A stretch of 32,000 bases of DNA from Candidatus Hadarchaeales archaeon (lineage in GTDB: Archaea; Hadarchaeota; Hadarchaeia; Hadarchaeales; Hadarchaeaceae): the NCBI GenBank assembly GCA_038823825.1, contig JAWBCC010000005.1, positions 14,691 through 46,690 of the forward strand. Reading direction: 5' to 3'. Positions 27,602 to 32,000 of this stretch are shown one piece after another. The position numbers and the translations under genes are program-made. The notes under the pieces were generated by a model that was not told where the DNA came from, searched no databases, and worked only from the letters and a program-made list of their open reading frames with translations. Each line of letters starts with the position of its first letter. Within the stretch, counting starts at the first letter, position 1.

Positions 27602-27895
27602 TCATGCTCCAAGCATGAAGGCGAAGAGGAAGGCTCCCCACGCTCTCGTTAGATAACTGGCGAGATATACGAATGGGATGAGGATGGGGTGATACGATCT
27701 GAGGTCTCCGTACTTGTAGGAAGGCACGAGCGGATGTCCCACAACTCTGTGATAAACTATGGTGAAGAGACCGAATAGGAGGAGGAACCAAGCGAGCGCG
27801 GCTAGAAGGGTCTTACGGTTGGGAACTCTCATGGAATGTCTGAAGCATCTCGGCCAAGAGCACTCATCGTCTTCCCAGAATTCCACATTTCTCAC
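27602..27895 (-). CDS. chimeric ORF: hsp20-derived leader fused in frame to a membrane segment resembling the missing N-terminus of the permease
   Basis: MRNVEFWEDDECSWPRCFRHSMR equals the Hsp20 start (MRNVEFWEDDEWPWPRYFRRFMR), then VPNRKTLLAALAWFLLLFGLFTIV..LTRAWGAFLFAFMLGA. Internal ATG at 27832 may be the original start. Confidence 0.55.
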   Translation of the reverse strand: MRNVEFWEDDECSWPRCFRHSMRVPNRKTLLAALAWFLLLFGLFTIVYHRVVGHPLVPSYKYGDLRSYHPILIPFVYLASYLTRAWGAFLFAFMLGA

Positions 27896-28033
27896 TCTCG
27901 ATTAGTTTTGTCAAATGGGAGTCTATTAATCTTTCTAGCGGTATTAGATTAAGATGGCGGCCGTGGTCTAGCCTGGTCAGGACTTGGGCCCTCCAAGCCC
28001 ACGACGCGGGTTCGAATCTTGACAGCCACCTCC
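27828..28033. repeat. direct repeat copy B (degenerate hsp20 5' end + tRNA-Gly remnant)
   Basis: See copy A; separated from it by 1683 bp measured at the tRNA 5' ends (26274 and 27957). Confidence 0.9.
27957..28030 (+). pseudogene. tRNA-Gly (TCC) remnant with damaged 3' end
   Basis: Identical to tRNA-Gly at 26274 through GCGGGTTCGAAT, then CTTGACAGCCAC instead of CCCGCCGGCCGC: the T-stem is weakened and the acceptor stem has two C-A mismatches. Confidence 0.8.
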
Positions 28034-28116
28034 TAGTAGCTTGATTGACCCGAGTTTTTGTGATCTGTCATCCTGCTTAGTGGAGTCTTCGTTCTCGTTT
28101 CCTCGGAAAGTCGCAT

Positions 28117-28127
28117 GAATTTAAACC
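28117..28127 (+). promoter_or_regulatory. candidate TATA-like element upstream of cas2
   Basis: GAATTTAAACC in the intergenic region before the GTG start of cas2 at 28181. Confidence 0.4.
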
Positions 28128-28180
28128 GAACTCCTGATTAATTTAGCCATTAGACTTCCTGATATTAATTTGGTGAGTTA

Positions 28181-28468
28181 GTGCTTACACTCGTTATCTA
28201 CGACATAAGCTCGGATGACATCAGAACAAAGCTCGCCAACCGTCTCTTCGACTATGGTCTTCAGAGAATCCAATATAGTGCTTTCAAGGGGGAACTGAAC
28301 GCTCACGATAGAGAGGTTCTAGTAAAAGAACTCCCGAAATTTGTGGAAGGAGAAAGAGACTCGATCTATGTAATCCCCTTGTGTGAGCGCTGCGCGAGAC
28401 TTTGTAGAATCGTTTCTGAAAAACCTATCCCTTCTCTAGCAGAGGAAGACAGAGTAAAGCTTGTGTGA
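28181..28468 (+). CDS. cas2: CRISPR-associated endoribonuclease Cas2
   Basis: MLTLVIYDISSDDIRTKLANRLFDYGLQRIQYSAFKGELN..RDSIYVIPLCERCA: canonical Cas2 start and D residue. Confidence 0.96.
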   Translation: MLTLVIYDISSDDIRTKLANRLFDYGLQRIQYSAFKGELNAHDREVLVKELPKFVEGERDSIYVIPLCERCARLCRIVSEKPIPSLAEEDRVKLV

Positions 28469-28513
28469 AAAACAAAAAAAACCTGGAAGGCGAGCTTTAT
28501 AGGGAGGAAAGAG

Positions 28514-29398
28514 GTGGTATTCTTTCTCTCTGCCCAAGAGCACAAACTCCTCCTAAACCGAGTCCTCCCTCTGGCGAGAGAGGTAGGAGTAACACCAGAG
28601 CTTAGAGGGTGGAACTGGTGGAAGGAACCGCTGAAGCCATACTACTCGGAGCGCATCTCTATGTTTTCCGTCTGCGGCCGGTTCTGCCCCACGGCGAGAG
28701 ATGTGTATTTAATGTACGTGGAAAGAAAGCAGGGAAAACTCACGCATGAGATATTGCTGGGAGCTATGGCACACAATCTGCTGGAATACTTGTTTGGGTA
28801 TTGCAGACAGGGAAAATTTGATATAAGCTTTCATGAATGGTGGAAGGGAGAGCTGGAAAAAAGAGGAAAGTTGGAAAATGTTGATGTTCTTCGCTCCTGC
28901 TTGGAACCCCTCTGGGAGTTGGTACTAAGCCAAGCGAGGGCTGCTTATCTGGAAACAAAGACTGCTCATCCTTACGCCGACGAGCCTCATGCGCTGGCAG
29001 TGGCTCTTCCCTTCCTGGTGGAGCACAAGCTCGACGGAAGGCTGCTAGGACTGAGCGGCACGTTGAGCGTTGACTGTTATGATTATTTGCGCCACATCAT
29101 CTTTGACGTGAAAGTTGGAGGACCTCCGCGAGACTTTTATCGACTGTATCCCACTGGCTATGCTTTGGTTTTTGAGAGCCTTTACGAGGTTCCAGTGGAC
29201 GTGGGGTGCTCCATCCATGTGAGCTTCAGAAACGGGAGAGTTGTGGTGAGTCGAGATATCTTTTTCATCAATGATGATCTTCGGAACTGGTGGGTTGAGG
29301 AGAGAGATCGTAAGCTGGAGCTTGTGGCTCAGAAGAAGGATCCGGGTAAAGCCAAAGAATGTGCCTCTAGCTGTATGTTCTTGGAGGTCTGTGAATGA
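28514..29398 (+). CDS. csa1: Csa1 (Cas4-superfamily adaptation nuclease)
   Basis: Between cas2 and cas1; GWNW.KEP, CGRFCPTARDVYL, GAMAHNLLE, IIFDVKVG, C-terminal CASSCMFLEVC cluster. Start GTG after GGGAGG. Confidence 0.85.
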   Translation: MVFFLSAQEHKLLLNRVLPLAREVGVTPELRGWNWWKEPLKPYYSERISMFSVCGRFCPTARDVYLMYVERKQGKLTHEILLGAMAHNLLEYLFGYCRQGKFDISFHEWWKGELEKRGKLENVDVLRSCLEPLWELVLSQARAAYLETKTAHPYADEPHALAVALPFLVEHKLDGRLLGLSGTLSVDCYDYLRHIIFDVKVGGPPRDFYRLYPTGYALVFESLYEVPVDVGCSIHVSFRNGRVVVSRDIFFINDDLRNWWVEERDRKLELVAQKKDPGKAKECASSCMFLEVCE

Positions 29399-30414
29399 GG
29401 TTGGTGATCGACGGATTTGGGAAGTTCTTGGGAAGGAAGGGGGAAACCATCGTGGTGAAAGAGGATAGAAAGATTGTGGCACGTCTTCAGCCACAAGAGC
29501 TAGAGCAGGTAATCATCTCTGGAAAAGGGACGATTAGCACGGATGCCCTTAGGTTGCTAGCGGAGCATGGGGTGGACGTGTTGATCGTGGACTTTAGGGG
29601 CGAGGTTAAGGCAAGACTTTCTTCTCCTGAGATGAGAACTGTAAGTACCCGAAAAGAGCAATACTTGGCCTACGGAGATCGGAGAGGAATCGAAATTGCC
29701 AAAGCTGTGGTGAAGGCAAAATTAAAAAACCAATCCGCCGTTCTCCAGACCTTAGCCAAAAAAAGGTTAGAGACTGCGCCCCCCTTAGCGGAGAAGTTGC
29801 GGAGTGCTGCTATGGAAATATTAGAGCTACTGCCAGCACTAGAAGCTTTAAGGGGAGAAAAAGTGGAAGAGATGAGAGAAAGAATAATGAACATAGAGGG
29901 GAGAGGAGCCCAGTTCTACTGGGAAGCCCTCTCAAGGATTTTTGAGGGTTGGGGTTTTGAGGAAAGAACCGGAAGGTACGCTCATGATCCCATAAATGCT
30001 ATGCTCAACTACGGCTATGGCATCCTTCTAGGAGAGGTATGGAGAGCTGTTCACTATGCGGGATTAGATCCTTACGGAGGTTTCCTACATGCCGATAGAC
30101 CTGGAAAACCGAGCTTAGTTCTGGATTTGATGGAAGAGTTCAGACCTCATTTGGTAGATAAAATGGTGGTAGGAATGGTAAGCAAGAGAATGGTTTCTAA
30201 AGAAGATTTTGAGATAGTGGACGGAGTGTGTCAGATGAAGGAGAAGGCTAGGAGGTTATACCTCCAAGAACTTCTCGGGAGACTAGAGGAAGAGGTAAGG
30301 TTCGAGGGTCTGAGACTCACTTGGGGGAGGCTCTTTTTTCATCAAGCGAGGAAACTGGCTAAATTCTTAAGAGGCGAACTGGATAAGTATGAAGGATTCT
30401 GGCAGCGCTGGTGA
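29395..30414 (+). CDS. cas1: CRISPR-associated integrase Cas1
   Basis: MRLVIDGFGKFLGRKGETIVVKE..VDVLIVDFRGEV..GAQFYWEALSRIF..GYGILLGEVWRAVHYAGLDPYGGFLHADRPGKPSLVLDLMEEFRPHLVDKMV; ATGA overlap with csa1. Confidence 0.97.
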   Translation: MRLVIDGFGKFLGRKGETIVVKEDRKIVARLQPQELEQVIISGKGTISTDALRLLAEHGVDVLIVDFRGEVKARLSSPEMRTVSTRKEQYLAYGDRRGIEIAKAVVKAKLKNQSAVLQTLAKKRLETAPPLAEKLRSAAMEILELLPALEALRGEKVEEMRERIMNIEGRGAQFYWEALSRIFEGWGFEERTGRYAHDPINAMLNYGYGILLGEVWRAVHYAGLDPYGGFLHADRPGKPSLVLDLMEEFRPHLVDKMVVGMVSKRMVSKEDFEIVDGVCQMKEKARRLYLQELLGRLEEEVRFEGLRLTWGRLFFHQARKLAKFLRGELDKYEGFWQRW

Positions 30415-30988
30415 GATAAGCGTCTGGGAGGTTTACCAGTATTTCTATTGCCCTAGGAAACTTTACTTCATCAGAAAACTGGGATTGTACCCTCCTGAGA
30501 AAAGAAAGATGAGACTAAGCGAGGAACATCATAGAAAAGAACCCGAAAGAATTAAACGGAGACACGCCCTCTATGGTTTTTCTGAAAAAGAGGTAGAAGA
30601 AGTATTGCACGATCTTCTTTTAGAGGATCCCGAGCTGGGGTTGTACGGTAAAGCGGACACCGTCGTGAGACTGAAAAGCGGTGAGGTTGTGCCCGTGGAT
30701 GTGAAGTACTCAGGTTTGCCCTACGTCTCTAGGGCTTGGAGAAAACAAATGGTGGCCTATACCGTGCTGCTCGAGAGAATTTTGGGCGTGAGGATCAGAA
30801 GATGCATGATTTACCTTTTACCCTTACGACGCATCTTTTGGATAAACATTCTTCCAGAGGACAGAGAAGCCCTCAGGAAAGATCTAGAGAAAATGCGGAA
30901 GATAATAACTTCAGATCAAATTCCGAGGCCGGCTAGTCCTGAGCACTGTGGGTACTGTGAAGTAGCGAAATTCTGCAAAAGAGTGTAG
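30389..30988 (+). CDS. cas4: Cas4 RecB-like exonuclease
   Basis: ISVWEVYQYFYCPRKLYFI..YGKADTVVRLKSGEVVPVDVKYS..WRKQMVAYTVLLE..HCGYCEVAKFCKRV; overlaps the end of cas1 by 26 bp. Confidence 0.95.
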   Translation: MKDSGSAGEISVWEVYQYFYCPRKLYFIRKLGLYPPEKRKMRLSEEHHRKEPERIKRRHALYGFSEKEVEEVLHDLLLEDPELGLYGKADTVVRLKSGEVVPVDVKYSGLPYVSRAWRKQMVAYTVLLERILGVRIRRCMIYLLPLRRIFWINILPEDREALRKDLEKMRKIITSDQIPRPASPEHCGYCEVAKFCKRV

Positions 30989-31107
30989 TTTCGGTAAAAG
31001 GCGAAACTTTGTGAACTTCTTTATAAACCCCCTATGCAAAAATCGAAGTTCACAAAGTCTTCACATAGATTTTTAAGGAAAGTCGGCCAAAAATGAAAAG
31101 AAGAGCG
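30989..31107 (+). promoter_or_regulatory. CRISPR leader
   Basis: AT-rich about 119 bp between cas4 stop and first repeat, with TATA-like CTTTATAAAC (31019-31028) and ATTTTTAAGG near 31069-31078. Confidence 0.8.
31006..31058. repeat. inverted repeat in the CRISPR leader
   Basis: ACTTTGTGAACTTC (31006-31019) and its perfect reverse complement GAAGTTCACAAAGT (31045-31058), separated by 25 nt containing TTTATAAAC. Confidence 0.95.
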
Positions 31108-32000
31108 GTTGCAGTGAAATGCCCCTGAAAATGGGGATTGAAAGCAATAAACCACATGGTTAAATCCGATCGTTCGAAATGTTGCAGTGAAATGCCCCTG
31201 AAAATGGGGATTGAAAGAAAAAATCTTTGATATTCTCTTCTCCAAATCTCTCGTTGCAGTGAAATGCCCCTGAAAATGGGGATTGAAAGATCACTGTACT
31301 GACGTATATCCTGCACTTCCGTCCAATGTTGCAGTGAAATGCCCCTGAAAATGGGGATTGAAAGTTTCACCCCATACCATACTGAACACTACCACTATTT
31401 GTTGCAGTGAAATGCCCCTGAAAATGGGGATTGAAAGATCTCTATCCTTGCTTCTATTCGAACGAATGGTGGATGTTGCAGTGAAATGCCCCTGAAAATG
31501 GGGATTGAAAGGAGTTCGTCCCTTCATCATTCTTGAAGAAGAAAATGTTGCAGTGAAATGCCCCTGAAAATGGGGATTGAAAGTCTTCGAGCATCTTTCC
31601 GTGATCGATTCGAGAAACGTTGCAGTGAAATGCCCCTGAAAATGGGGATTGAAAGTTGATTGAGGGAGCATGAATCTAGGCATCAATATCGTTGCAGTGA
31701 AATGCCCCTGAAAATGGGGATTGAAAGGGGCTATGGTTTCAGCGTGGAAAAAATAACGGTCTATGTTGCAGTGAAATGCCCCTGAAAATGGGGATTGAAA
31801 GAGCTATTGCGTCCCGATAATATTGCCTTAAAAAGTGTTGCAGTGAAATGCCCCTGAAAATGGGGATTGAAAGCGATATGACATTATTCGAGATGCCATT
31901 AAAGTAGAGTTGCAGTGAAATGCCCCTGAAAATGGGGATTGAAAGCTTTTACTTCTTTTTGTATTAAATCGGAAAGAGAACGTTGCAGTGAAATGCCCCT
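31108..32000 (+). CRISPR. CRISPR array, 37-nt repeat, 12 complete repeats plus a partial 13th at the window edge; 12 spacers of 35-38 nt
   Basis: Repeat GTTGCAGTGAAATGCCCCTGAAAATGGGGATTGAAAG starts at 31108, 31181, 31253, 31328, 31401, 31475, 31547, 31619, 31691, 31765, 31837, 31909 and 31982 (truncated). All 12 complete copies look identical. 3' end ATTGAAAG is the typical crRNA 5' handle. Confidence 0.99.

Noticed and set aside
26274-28033. Interpretation as a standard SSV/pNOB8-type integrated element bounded by tRNA att sites
   Set aside because: No integrase gene or fragment is visible and the repeat extends into hsp20; only a repeat-bracketed cassette is supported.
31050-31686. ORFs 31050..31370 (+), 31291..31686 (-) and 31021..31245 (-) with recurring 'NPHFQGHFTAT' / 'LSIPIFRGISLQ' peptides
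   Set aside because: These are translations of the CRISPR repeat unit, not repeat proteins.
1-32000. C/D-box or H/ACA sRNA genes, SRP RNA, RNase P RNA, rRNA, transposase/IS elements, toxin-antitoxin pairs
   Set aside because: Scanned by eye in intergenic gaps and the ORF list; nothing convincing found, and no covariance-model search was possible.

Overview
This 32 kb window is archaeal and dense with genes. Supporting markers are the group II chaperonin, FEN-1, the RpoK and Rpb4-like RNA polymerase subunits, L21e, SRP54, archaeal FBP aldolase/phosphatase, CCA-less tRNA genes and TATA-like promoters. Positions 1-25.6 kb are mostly ordinary chromosomal genes: Mrp, TraB, riboflavin/pterin/queuosine-type enzymes, Trm1, RlmE/FtsJ, sugar-nucleotide and glycan genes, TrkH, 6-phospho-3-hexuloisomerase, TruA and others, plus tRNA-His(GTG) and tRNA-Thr(CGT). 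The accessory part lies to the right. An hsp20 5' end plus tRNA-Gly(TCC) segment of about 200 bp is present twice as a direct repeat. The two copies are 1.68 kb apart and bracket a thioredoxin-like protein and a UPF0718/DUF318-like permease whose N-terminal half is split by apparent frameshifts. The second tRNA-Gly copy is degenerate and sits about 150 bp upstream of a CRISPR adaptation module (cas2-csa1-cas1-cas4). That module is followed by a CRISPR array with 37-nt repeats: 12 complete repeats and a 13th cut by the window edge. The leader contains a perfect 14-bp inverted repeat bracketing a TATA-like box. No effector module is visible. The most unusual items are the repeat-bracketed cassette with its chimeric hsp20-leader ORF, and the inverted repeat around the putative leader promoter. 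The supplied ORF track mislabels the strand of ORF 4369..5013, which reads on +. All similarity calls are by eye; no searches were run.
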